Positions 19,943 through 29,389 of a stretch of DNA of 64,000 bases are shown here, in pieces. The stretch is from an uncultured Gemmatimonadales bacterium (GTDB lineage Bacteria > Gemmatimonadota > Gemmatimonadetes > Gemmatimonadales > GWC2-71-9). The DNA is taken from contig CAVZZO010000001.1 of assembly GCA_963779755.1 (NCBI GenBank), positions 480,001 through 544,000 of the forward strand, read 5' to 3'. The notes under the pieces are model-generated. The model worked only from the letters and a program-made list of their open reading frames with translations. It did not search any database and was not told the origin of the DNA. The stretch's first letter is position 1; each line of letters starts with the position of its first letter. A program made the translations under genes and the position numbers.

Positions 19943-20455
19943 ATGCCCAGTGCATCTTCACCGAGCCGGAGAGCCACCGCGTCGGACATTACCCGCCAGG
20001 CGCTCTTCGCTCTGTTCCTCACCAGCGCTCATCATGCGTATGGCGCCTACCTCTACCACACGCCGTGGCGCTACCACGTGCTGCTGATCGCGGCCCCGGC
20101 GGCGCTCGTGATCGTCGGATCGCAAGCGGTCATCCGCTCCGATCCGACCAGTCCCAGGGCCACCGTCGCGCGGGGGGTCTTCGCGCTCACGACTCTGGCG
20201 CTCCCCGTGATCGCGTTCGGTGCGTTCGAGGGGTTCTACAACCACGTCATGAAGAACGTGCTCTACTTCTCCGGCGTGTCCGCAGCCGTGATGGCGCGAC
20301 TGTTCCCGCCGCCCATGTACGAGATGCCCAACAACCTTGTCTTCGAGATCACCGGAGTACTGCAGGTAGTGCCCGCCGTGCTGATCGTCGAACGATTCGT
20401 CCGCATGCGCCGGGCGCGCCGCCCTTCGACGGCAACGGGTGCGGCCGCGCGCTGA
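19943..20455 (+). CDS. Membrane protein of unknown function
   Basis: About four hydrophobic segments; HHAYG and EGFYNH motifs. Confidence 0.75.
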   Translation: MPSASSPSRRATASDITRQALFALFLTSAHHAYGAYLYHTPWRYHVLLIAAPAALVIVGSQAVIRSDPTSPRATVARGVFALTTLALPVIAFGAFEGFYNHVMKNVLYFSGVSAAVMARLFPPPMYEMPNNLVFEITGVLQVVPAVLIVERFVRMRRARRPSTATGAAAR

Positions 20456-20571
20456 CGGTGCTCGGACTGCCCCGGAGACTCCCGGGCGGTGGGTCATCCG
20501 CCGCCCCGAACCGGCCCCGCCCTTCCAGACTCTCGCCACGGACCCTACCTTTCAGACGCTCCCCTTTCCTT

Positions 20572-20605
20572 AGATAGACGCGCAATTCAGATAGACGCGC
20601 AATTC
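20572..20605. repeat. 17-bp perfect tandem duplication
   Basis: AGATAGACGCGCAATTC twice. Confidence 0.9.
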
Positions 20606-20783
20606 CGCGTTGCCGGTCGTCCGTACCTGTCCACCCCGGAGGGGCTTTGGCTCAGGTCCCAGGAGGATTCGCCGCCACCCTGGCCTCGGCTGGTCGCATC
20701 CTCGATCCGATTGTCTCGGCGGCTGGCGCCGCCCTGCACTGAGCAATGCTGGTTCTGACCGCCTGACCGCCTGAGGAGGATCC

Positions 20784-23456
20784 GTGGCCGACGTCCTGAC
20801 CATTCTCCAGTCCGCCCTGGCCGACCGCTATCGCGTGGAGCGGGAGCTGGGCGAAGGCGGCATGGCCACGGTCTATCTGGCCGAGGATCTGAAGCATGGC
20901 CGCAACGTGGCCATCAAGGTCCTCCGGCCGGAGCTGGCGGCGGTGATCGGGGCCGAGCGGTTCGTGCGGGAGATTCGCACCATCGCGGCCCTGCAGCATC
21001 CGCACATACTGGGGCTGATTGACTCGGGCGAGGTCACCGGGACTGCCTACTACGTCATGCCTTTCGTGGAGGGCGAATCCCTGCGCGACCGGCTGAACCG
21101 CGAGAAGCAGTTGCCGGTGGCGGACGCGGTGCGGATCGCCACCGAAGTGGCGGGGGCCCTGGACTATGCTCACCGTCACGGGATCATCCACCGGGATATC
21201 AAGCCCGAGAACGTGATGCTGCACGACGGCAGCGCACTGGTGGCGGATTTCGGGATCGCGCTGGCGGTCAGCAGCGCCGGCGGCGGCACCCGGATGACCG
21301 AGACGGGAATGAGCCTGGGGACGCCGCACTACATGAGTCCCGAGCAGGCCATGGGGGAGCGGGAGATCACCGCCCGGAGCGACGTGTACGCCCTGGGGGC
21401 GATGACCTACGAGATGCTGGTGGGCGATCCGCCGTTCACGGGGAGCACGGCGCAGGCCATCGTGGCCCAGGTGGTGACGGAGTCGCCCCGCCCGATGCTG
21501 CCGCAGCGGCATACGATTCCGCCCCAGGTGGAGGCGGCAGTGCTGACGGCGCTGGAGAAGCTCCCGGCCGACCGCTTCGCCACCGCCGCCGAGTTCGCCG
21601 AGGCGCTGGCCAGTCCGGGATATCGCACGGTAGCGGTCGCGGCCCCGGGGGCCTCTACCGCCGTACCGCCATACCGCCGTACCGCCCTGTTGGTTGGTGC
21701 GCTGGCCCTTGTCGGAGGCCTTGCCGCGTGGGGCTGGCTCCGGGCGGAGCAGGCGTCTCGCCGGGTGCCCAGCTGGCAATACATCAGCCTGGGCGACAGT
21801 GCAGCGCTGACGACGAACGGGCGCGCCATGACGATCACCCCCGACGGCAATACCCTCGTCTTCAAGGACGACCGCCAGAATGGTCTTCTGTGGGTCAAGC
21901 GACGGGGCCTGCTGGATCCGGTGGCGATTCCGGGAACCGAGCGGGCTCAGGACCCGGTCTTCTCTCCCGACGGGCAATGGGTCGCGTTCGTGGCCGATGG
22001 CCGGCTGAAGAAGATCCGGCTCTCCGGCGGCGCCGCCGTCACCCTGGCGGATACCGTCGCCGGCCCCTACGGCGGCGCGACGTGGCTGGATGACGGGACG
22101 CTGATCTACGTGTCCCGCCATCTCAACGAGCTGCGGCGGGTAAAGGAATCCGGCGGTGGCAGCAGTCTCGCGCTGCAGGATTCCACCCTTATCGGGGGTG
22201 GCATCGGGTTCCCGGTGGCGCTGCCCGGCGCACGGGGTGTGCTGTTCCAGTATTGCGGCTCGGGCTGTGTAACCATGGCGATGCATGTGCTGGATCTGCG
22301 TACCGGCCGGCAGAGGTTGCTGCTGGATGAGGTGGCCCAGGCCTGGTACCAGGCCGGCCGGCTGTTCTACGTTCGCCGGGACGGCGCGGTGATGGCTGCT
22401 CCATTCAGCCTGAAGACACTGGAGCTCACCGGAGAGGCGGCGCCGGTCCTGGAAGATGTGTCCGTCCAGCAACTGAACGGACTGGCCCAGATCGCCTGGT
22501 CCGGCGCCGGTACGCTGGTCTATGTGCGGGGAAGCGAGGCCTCGGCCGACAACATGATAGCCCGGGTCAGCCGTACCGGAATCAGCACCGTCGCGGACAG
22601 CGCCTGGTACGGTCCGTTCAATTCGATCGCCCTCTCGCCGGACGGGCGCCGGCTGGCGGTAGGCGCCAGCGCCGGGGGGGGCCTCAATATCTGGATCAAG
22701 CAGCTCGACCGCGGCAATTTCGTCCGTCTGAGCTTCGGCAATTCCGATCGGCGCCCGGTCTGGTCTCCCGACGGCAAGGTGGTCGCCTTCATCCGCGACA
22801 GCGGCAGCACCAACGCAGTCTATGCCCGCCCGGTGGACGGCAGCGGCCCCGACCGCCGCCTGGCGCAGATTGACCGGCAGGTGCAGGAGGTCTCCTGGAC
22901 CGCGGACGGCCAGTGGCTGGTGCTGCGCACCGATAACGGCACCGCGGGGGCCGGCGATCTGGTCGGGGTCCGGACGAGCGGCGACACGACGCCAGTGCCG
23001 CTCGTGTCCTCCAGCTTTACGGAGCTCATGCCGGAGGTGTCCCCGGACGGTCGCTGGCTGGCGTACTCCTCCGACGAGTCGGGCAGGAACGAGGTGTACG
23101 TCCGGCCGTTTCCCCAAACCTCCGGCGGACGCTGGCAGGTCTCGAATGGCGGGGGCGCTGAACCCAGATGGTCGGGCGACGGCCGCGAGCTGTTCTATAT
23201 CAGTATTCCGGAACAGGAACTCGTCGCGGTCCCCGTGGGCCCGGGCCCCTCCTTCTCCGCCGGCGAGCCGCGGCCCTTGTTCAACACCCGGGGCTACAGC
23301 AGCGATGGAGGGTTCCACCAGTCCTATGCGGTGGCTCCGGACGGCCAGAGCTTCTACTTCCGCATGCCGCGCCTGGCCGCGGCTTCGGGCGACGCGATCC
23401 GGATCGTCTGGGTGGACCACTGGCTACAGGAGTTGAAGCAGCGGCTGAAACGGTGA
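20784..23456 (+). CDS. Ser/Thr kinase - TM - beta-propeller
   Basis: (CTGACCGC)x2, GAGGAGG RBS and GTG start; kinase motifs; TM; SPDG repeats. Confidence 0.95.
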   Translation: MADVLTILQSALADRYRVERELGEGGMATVYLAEDLKHGRNVAIKVLRPELAAVIGAERFVREIRTIAALQHPHILGLIDSGEVTGTAYYVMPFVEGESLRDRLNREKQLPVADAVRIATEVAGALDYAHRHGIIHRDIKPENVMLHDGSALVADFGIALAVSSAGGGTRMTETGMSLGTPHYMSPEQAMGEREITARSDVYALGAMTYEMLVGDPPFTGSTAQAIVAQVVTESPRPMLPQRHTIPPQVEAAVLTALEKLPADRFATAAEFAEALASPGYRTVAVAAPGASTAVPPYRRTALLVGALALVGGLAAWGWLRAEQASRRVPSWQYISLGDSAALTTNGRAMTITPDGNTLVFKDDRQNGLLWVKRRGLLDPVAIPGTERAQDPVFSPDGQWVAFVADGRLKKIRLSGGAAVTLADTVAGPYGGATWLDDGTLIYVSRHLNELRRVKESGGGSSLALQDSTLIGGGIGFPVALPGARGVLFQYCGSGCVTMAMHVLDLRTGRQRLLLDEVAQAWYQAGRLFYVRRDGAVMAAPFSLKTLELTGEAAPVLEDVSVQQLNGLAQIAWSGAGTLVYVRGSEASADNMIARVSRTGISTVADSAWYGPFNSIALSPDGRRLAVGASAGGGLNIWIKQLDRGNFVRLSFGNSDRRPVWSPDGKVVAFIRDSGSTNAVYARPVDGSGPDRRLAQIDRQVQEVSWTADGQWLVLRTDNGTAGAGDLVGVRTSGDTTPVPLVSSSFTELMPEVSPDGRWLAYSSDESGRNEVYVRPFPQTSGGRWQVSNGGGAEPRWSGDGRELFYISIPEQELVAVPVGPGPSFSAGEPRPLFNTRGYSSDGGFHQSYAVAPDGQSFYFRMPRLAAASGDAIRIVWVDHWLQELKQRLKR

Positions 23457-23460
23457 ACCC

Positions 23461-23534
23461 GACCCTCTCGACCCTCTCGACCCTCTCGACCACCCAAACA
23501 GGTCGAGGGGGTCTAGGGGGTCGAGGAAGTCGAA
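23461..23534. repeat. Palindromic element built from 9-bp tandem repeats
   Basis: (GACCCTCTC)x3 followed by imperfect inverted GGTCGAGGG-type units; related sequence at about 61412-61470. Confidence 0.8.
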
Positions 23535-23546
23535 AGGGAGCGCTAC

Positions 23547-26288
23547 ATGGCTGAGATCCTGCCCCGTCTCGAGACCGCTCTGTCCGGCCGCTATACCATC
23601 GAACGCGAGGTGGGCGAGGGCGGCATGGCGACCGTCTATCTGGCCCACGATGTCCGGCACGACCGGAGGGTGGCGGTCAAGGTGCTGCGGCCGGAGCTGG
23701 CTGCGGTCATCGGCGCCGAGCGCTTCCTGGCGGAGATCAAGACCACGGCCAACCTGCAGCATCCCCATATCCTGCCGTTGTTCGACTCGGGGGAGGCGGA
23801 CGGCTTCCTCTTCTACGTCATGCCCTATGTCGAGGGCGAGAGCCTGCGCGACCGGCTGAACCGGGAGAAGCAGCTCCCCATTCCCGATGCGATCCGCATC
23901 GCGGGCGAGGTCGCCTCCGCCCTGGATTACGCCCACCGGCACCATGTGATCCACCGCGACATCAAGCCCGAGAATATCCTGCTGCACGACGGCTCGGCGC
24001 TGGTGGCGGACTTCGGGATCGCGCTGGCGGTGACCAGCGCCAGCGGGACCCGCATGACCGAGACCGGCATGAGCCTGGGGACCCCGTTCTACATGAGCCC
24101 CGAGCAGGCCATGGGGGAGCGGGAGATCACCGCCCGGAGCGACGTCTACGCCCTGGGCGCGGTGCTCTATGAAATGCTGACCGGAGAGCCGCCCTTCACC
24201 GGGCCCACCGCCCAGGCCATCGTGGCCAAGGTAGTAACCGAGGAGCCGCGGCCGCTGCTGCCCAAGCGCCACACCATCCCGCCCAACGTCGAGGCGGCGG
24301 TCCTGACGGCGCTGGAGAAGCTGGCGGCCGACCGCTTCGCCAGCGCGGCGGAGTTTGCCGCCGCCCTGAGTGACGGTTCCTACCGAACCACGTCCGCGAC
24401 CGTGGCCATGCCCTCGGCGCCGCGGCCGGGTGCCAGGCGCGGCTGGCGCAGCTACCTGCCGCTGGGTCTCGCCGCGGCGGCCGGGCTGGTGCTCGGGGCC
24501 GGCCTGCTGTTGGCCTTGCGCCCTTCGCCCGCCCCGCCGCCCACCGCCCGTTACGGGCTGGCCCTGCCCCGGGCTCAGGATCCGGACCCGATCTGGCCCG
24601 TGGTCCCGTCGCCGGATGGTTCCTGGCTCGCATACGTGGGGCCGGCCGAAAAGGGGAGACAGCTCTTCATCAAGCAGCGGGATCGCTATGGGGCGACGCC
24701 GCTCACCGGGACCCTGGGTGTGGTCACGTTCACCTGGTCGCCGGACGGTCAATGGCTGGCCTTCATCTCTGCCGGGCAGCTCCGGAAGATCCCGGTGCAG
24801 GGCGGAGCCGCCATCGCCCTCGCCGATACCACGAGCGGCAACCCGGGCATCGCCTGGTTGGACGACGGGACCATCGTGTTCATCCGCAGCGGCGGTAGCC
24901 GGCTGAAACGGGTTGCCGCCGTGGGGGGCGAGACCACCGATCTCCTGTCTGACAGCACGAGGCGTCAGAGGCCCGCCGGCCAGAGCCCGGGCGCCATCGG
25001 CTGGCCGTCACCGCTCCCGGGCGGCACCGGGGTACTGTTCTCACGCTGTGCAGCGAGTTGCAGCGGCGGCCAGGACCTCTGGGTGCTGGATTTCAAGGCG
25101 GACTCGGCCCACCAGGTGGTCCCGGGTGCCATCGAGGGCTGGTACCTCCCCACCGGGGATCTGCTCTATGTCCGGCGGGACGGCGCTGCCTTCGCTGCTC
25201 CCTTCAGCCTGCATTCTCTGAAGACCACGGGGCCGGCGGTGCCGGTGCTGGACAGCATACTGGTGATCAACGGAAACTATCCTCTCCTGGCAGTGTCGCG
25301 GTCGGGGATGCTGGTGCTGCGCCGGGGTTCTCCTCTGTCGCTGAGCCAGCAGTACCGGGCGGTCTGGGTTGACCGTAAGGGTGTCGAAAGCCCGGTGGAT
25401 TCAGGCTGGACCTTCCGGATGCCCCAGTTTGGGGGTAACTACGGCTGGGCCCTGTCTTCCGACGGGCGCCGGCTCGCCATCGGGCTCAATACCGATGCCG
25501 GTGACGACATCTGGGTCAAGCAACTGCCCCTCGGCCCGCTCTCGCGCGTTTCCTACGACAGCGCATCGGAGTACCGGCCCCGGTGGATGCCGGACGGGAG
25601 AGTCATGTTCGGTTCCAACCGCCCGGGCGAGGGTACGGGCGGGCTCTACGCCCGGCGGGCCGACGGCACCGGGTCGGATTCCCTGATCCTCCGTGCCGCC
25701 TCCGGGGTCTTCGAGGGCCAGTGGTCGCCCGACGGCCGCTGGCTCCTGTTCCGCACCGGGGGCACGATCAACCAGGCCGGCGGGAGAGATATCGTAGGTA
25801 TCCGGCCGGGCGTGGACAGCGTGCCGGTGCCGGTGGTGGTGACGCCGTACGACGAGGAAGCCATCGCGATTTCGCCCAGCGGGCGCTGGCTGGCCTACGA
25901 ATCCAACGAAACAGGGCAGACCGAGATCTTCCTTCGCCCGTTCCCCAACACCCAGAGCGGCAAGCGGCAGATTTCCAACGGAGGCGGGGTGGCGCCGCTC
26001 TGGTCCCGCGACGGCCGGGAGCTGTTCTACATGAGCGCCGGCCGGGATATGATGGCCGTCTCCATGGGGACCGGCGCCGAGCCCGCGATCGGCGCGCCGC
26101 AGAAACTGTTCCATCCGGACGACCAGATCTACATGACCACCACCGAGTTCTATACCCCGTACGACGTCGGCGCCGACGGGCGCTTCATCATGGCGAAGAG
26201 TATAACGCCGCCTTCGAGCGTCGAGTCGCCTCTGATCGTGGCGGAGAACTGGTTCGCAGAGCTCGAGGAGAAGACGGGGAAGCACTGA
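23547..26288 (+). CDS. Ser/Thr kinase - TM - beta-propeller
   Basis: Kinase motifs; TM LPLGLAAAAGLVLGAGLLLAL; SPDG repeats. Confidence 0.95.
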   Translation: MAEILPRLETALSGRYTIEREVGEGGMATVYLAHDVRHDRRVAVKVLRPELAAVIGAERFLAEIKTTANLQHPHILPLFDSGEADGFLFYVMPYVEGESLRDRLNREKQLPIPDAIRIAGEVASALDYAHRHHVIHRDIKPENILLHDGSALVADFGIALAVTSASGTRMTETGMSLGTPFYMSPEQAMGEREITARSDVYALGAVLYEMLTGEPPFTGPTAQAIVAKVVTEEPRPLLPKRHTIPPNVEAAVLTALEKLAADRFASAAEFAAALSDGSYRTTSATVAMPSAPRPGARRGWRSYLPLGLAAAAGLVLGAGLLLALRPSPAPPPTARYGLALPRAQDPDPIWPVVPSPDGSWLAYVGPAEKGRQLFIKQRDRYGATPLTGTLGVVTFTWSPDGQWLAFISAGQLRKIPVQGGAAIALADTTSGNPGIAWLDDGTIVFIRSGGSRLKRVAAVGGETTDLLSDSTRRQRPAGQSPGAIGWPSPLPGGTGVLFSRCAASCSGGQDLWVLDFKADSAHQVVPGAIEGWYLPTGDLLYVRRDGAAFAAPFSLHSLKTTGPAVPVLDSILVINGNYPLLAVSRSGMLVLRRGSPLSLSQQYRAVWVDRKGVESPVDSGWTFRMPQFGGNYGWALSSDGRRLAIGLNTDAGDDIWVKQLPLGPLSRVSYDSASEYRPRWMPDGRVMFGSNRPGEGTGGLYARRADGTGSDSLILRAASGVFEGQWSPDGRWLLFRTGGTINQAGGRDIVGIRPGVDSVPVPVVVTPYDEEAIAISPSGRWLAYESNETGQTEIFLRPFPNTQSGKRQISNGGGVAPLWSRDGRELFYMSAGRDMMAVSMGTGAEPAIGAPQKLFHPDDQIYMTTTEFYTPYDVGADGRFIMAKSITPPSSVESPLIVAENWFAELEEKTGKH

Positions 26289-26292
26289 GGAG

Positions 26293-26326
26293 GACGGCAG
26301 GACGGTAAGACGGCAGGACGGCAGGA
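26293..26326 (+). repeat. (GACGGCAG)x4 imperfect tandem repeat after the kinase stop
   Basis: Read directly; reverse-complement units CTGCCGTC near 9416 and 60529-60600. Confidence 0.85.
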
Positions 26327-28015
26327 TTGCGGGCAAGGACAGGCTGAAGCCTGCTCTCGGCCGCCGAATCTCTGAGGGGAAGGCTCCTCAGCCGCCACCA
26401 GCGACGCGGTCACGAATCCAGTGCTGCCGCCGAAGACGGCGTGAGCTTATCGGCCGGACACCCCGGCCCACCTGCGGACCGGCGCAATCGTCCCGGCCGC
26501 TTCGAACGGCCCGCAGGCATCGTCGCTCACCTCGGCGCTTCCGAGGGCCAGGGTGGCCGCATCGCGGTACGCCACCTGACAGCCGGTGATCCGGGCGTAG
26601 GAGCCGCTGCTGTCGAAGCCGCTGTCGGTGACCACCAGTTCGGTGTGGATCTCCTGGATGCCCTCGCCCGCGACCAGCTCGCCGCCCGCTTCGGACAGCC
26701 CCAGCCAGAACATCTGAGACGGAAAACTGCCCAGCTGGTGGGGCGTGGGACTGGCCGTGCGGACCTCCCAGAGGGTGCCGCCGGTGGATCGCACATCCTG
26801 GGTGTAGCTCTTGCACAGGGCGCGCGGGTCGGTGGTGCCGGGGATGGTGTCGGTAAAGGGGCAGGGGAGCCAGGGACCGGTGGTGGCGGCGGTGGTCGTC
26901 AGCCGGTTCACCGCCACCACGATCCGGCCGCCGCGGGGGTCGAACGCCGGCCGGGCCGAGGCGACATCGCTCGCGGTGGTGAGGGCCGCGGTACACTCAT
27001 AGGGGGTCACGGTGGGCTGGCCGTTGATCACCGTGTCGCGGCGCTCCTGGCGGAAACAGTCGGAGCCGGAGCCGGGATTGACGGATACCGGCAGGCTCGT
27101 GAGCGAGGTCCAGCCCGGGTGGTAGAGGGAGTAGAGCTGGATGTCGAAGGTGGTGGTGCTCCCGGTGGTGCTGCCCAGCACCCGCACGGCGCTGTCGTTG
27201 TCGTGGGAGACGAAGAGCGAGCTGAGATAGGTGCCGCCCCAGAGCGTATCCGGCAGGGTGAAGGGCGGCCCCTCGTGCCAGGAGCGGGAGCCCGCGTCGT
27301 AGAGGAATTCCCGATCGAAGTTCTGCGCTCCCACCAGGTCTATCCGGCGCCCGCCGTGACGCACGTTCACCAGGCCCGCGGCCTCGCCCAGCTCGGCCAG
27401 GACCTCGACCCCGCTGCCCTGGCGGGCCAGGAGCTGGCCATTGGCGGTCCAGACGTGGGTGCCGCAGAGGGGGGTGCCGGGTCGCTCCCGGGAGAGCAGT
27501 GAGAGGGCGCCGTAGGCATCGAGCTGGTAGATGGAATCGGCGCTGGGGAAGCCCGGGACCAAACGCGCCGTCTCTACTTGGCCGGTGGCGGGGTTGAATT
27601 TCGGTTCCCGGGCGCCGCGGACGATGTAGTCCTCGACCTGGGCAGCAGTGAGCGTTGGATCCATGGACCAGAGCAATGCGGCCACACCGGAGACGAACGG
27701 GGCGGCCAGCGAGGTGCCGTTGTCGGCCAGCACTCCTCCGCCCGGGATGAGAGCGCCCACGGATTGGGCGGGAGCCGCAATGGCCGTAGCGCCGAGGAAC
27801 AAGTTGGAGCCGCTCCACCTCTGGCCCTGGGTATCGGTGCCGGCCACGAAGATGATCTGATCCCGGAAACGGGCGAGTTCCGGCGGGGCGCCGCTCTGGA
27901 AGGGGGCGATCAGGGCCTGGAGCAGGCCGAGGTTATCACCTCGGGCGGAGAGGAGGTCGTCCACAGTGAAATCCGAACTACTGTTATCCACCGACTGAAT
28001 AAACAAGTTGCCGGC

Positions 28016-29389
28016 GGTGCCGTCCCGATTCGTGTAGAAAATTGAAATGGCGTATGCTTCCGGGATGATCGAACCCCGATCCGCCGAAGTGCGGATCTAA
28101 CCCGGAGGCATACGCCATGAGAGAAGTTACGGCCACGGAGCAGGGGTGGGAAGCACTGGTCGGGGCGGACCCGCTGACGGCGGCCCTGCGCGGCGAAGCG
28201 CGGCGCTGGATTGAGCGCATGTTGCACGAGGAATTGGCGGCCGTCTTGGGCAGCGGCCGGCATGAGCGGACCGCCGCCCGGCAGGGATATCGGCACGGCA
28301 CCCGGCGGCGGCGGGTGACGACCAGCCTGGGCCCCGTGGATCTCGCCATCCCGCGAGGGCGGGTGCAGGCGGGCGCCGAGCTGCGGGAATGGCAGAGCGG
28401 GCTGCTGCCGCGGTACGCGCGCCGAGCCCGGGCGGTGGATGCGGCGCTGGTCGGCTTCTACTGCGGGGGCGGCAATCAGCGGCGGCTCGCCCGGGCGCTC
28501 CGCTCGCTGCTGGCCGACGGTCCCGCCTCGCGGAGCACGGTCTCGCGCGTCGTGCGGGGGCTGCGGCAGGGCTACGAGGCGTGGCGCGAGCGCCCCCTGG
28601 GGGAGTTGGGGGTGCAGTATCTCTATCTGGATGCGATCCACCTGCATGTGCGGGTGCTCAAGCGGGTCGAGCCGCTCCCGGTCCAGGTGGCGGTCGGGGT
28701 GCGGCCCGACGGGCAGAAGGTGCTGCTGGATCTCCGGCTCTACGTCGCGGAGAGCGCCGCGGCCTGGGGCGACTTCGTGCGCGGGCTGGTGGAGCGCGGC
28801 CTGGTCGCGCCGGCGCTGGTGATCACCGACGGCAGCAAGGGTCTGCGCCGGGCGCTGAGCGAGATCTGGCCGCAGGCTGCGGTGCAGCGCTGCACGGTGC
28901 ATAAGCTGCGCAACCTGGCGGCCCACTGCCCGCAGCGGCTCTATCCGGCCGTCAAACGCGACTACCACGCCATCGTGTACGCCGCCGATGCGGAGGCGGC
29001 GCGGCGGGCCTGGGGGCGGTTTACCCGCCGCTGGGGCCGGGAGCTCCCGGGGGTGGTGGCGAGCCTGGAGGAGGCGGGCGAGGAGCTGCTCACGTTCTAT
29101 CGCCTGCCGAAGGCGCAGTGGAAGAGCCTGCGCACGACGAATATCGTCGAGCGCGTGCTGGAGGAGGTGCGACGGCGAGTCAAAACGCAGGGATCGCTGC
29201 CCAGCACCGACGCCGTCCTGGTGCTCGGCTACGGTCTGATCGCGACGGGGCAACTGCCCTTGCGGCGGATTGCCGGCTGGCGAACCTTGCCCCGTGTCAG
29301 TAACCGTCAAGCGGCTGCATGAGCGCCTGACACGCTTGGAGGCCCGGAGACAGCGCCCATTGATTTTCTACACAACTCGGGACACGACC
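28016..29389 (+). mobile_element. IS256-family insertion sequence, 1374 bp
   Basis: 27-bp imperfect terminal IRs (GGTGCCGTCCCGATTCGTGTAGAAAAT / GGTCGTGTCCCGAGTTGTGTAGAAAAT); 8-bp TSD TTGCCGGC at 28008-28015 and 29390-29397. Confidence 0.95.
28117..29322 (+). CDS. IS256 (Mutator-type) DDE transposase
   Basis: GGAGG RBS; YRHG..R, YLYLDAI, VITDGSKGL, QRCTVHKLRN, RTTNIVER motifs. Confidence 0.95.
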   Translation: MREVTATEQGWEALVGADPLTAALRGEARRWIERMLHEELAAVLGSGRHERTAARQGYRHGTRRRRVTTSLGPVDLAIPRGRVQAGAELREWQSGLLPRYARRARAVDAALVGFYCGGGNQRRLARALRSLLADGPASRSTVSRVVRGLRQGYEAWRERPLGELGVQYLYLDAIHLHVRVLKRVEPLPVQVAVGVRPDGQKVLLDLRLYVAESAAAWGDFVRGLVERGLVAPALVITDGSKGLRRALSEIWPQAAVQRCTVHKLRNLAAHCPQRLYPAVKRDYHAIVYAADAEAARRAWGRFTRRWGRELPGVVASLEEAGEELLTFYRLPKAQWKSLRTTNIVERVLEEVRRRVKTQGSLPSTDAVLVLGYGLIATGQLPLRRIAGWRTLPRVSNRQAAA

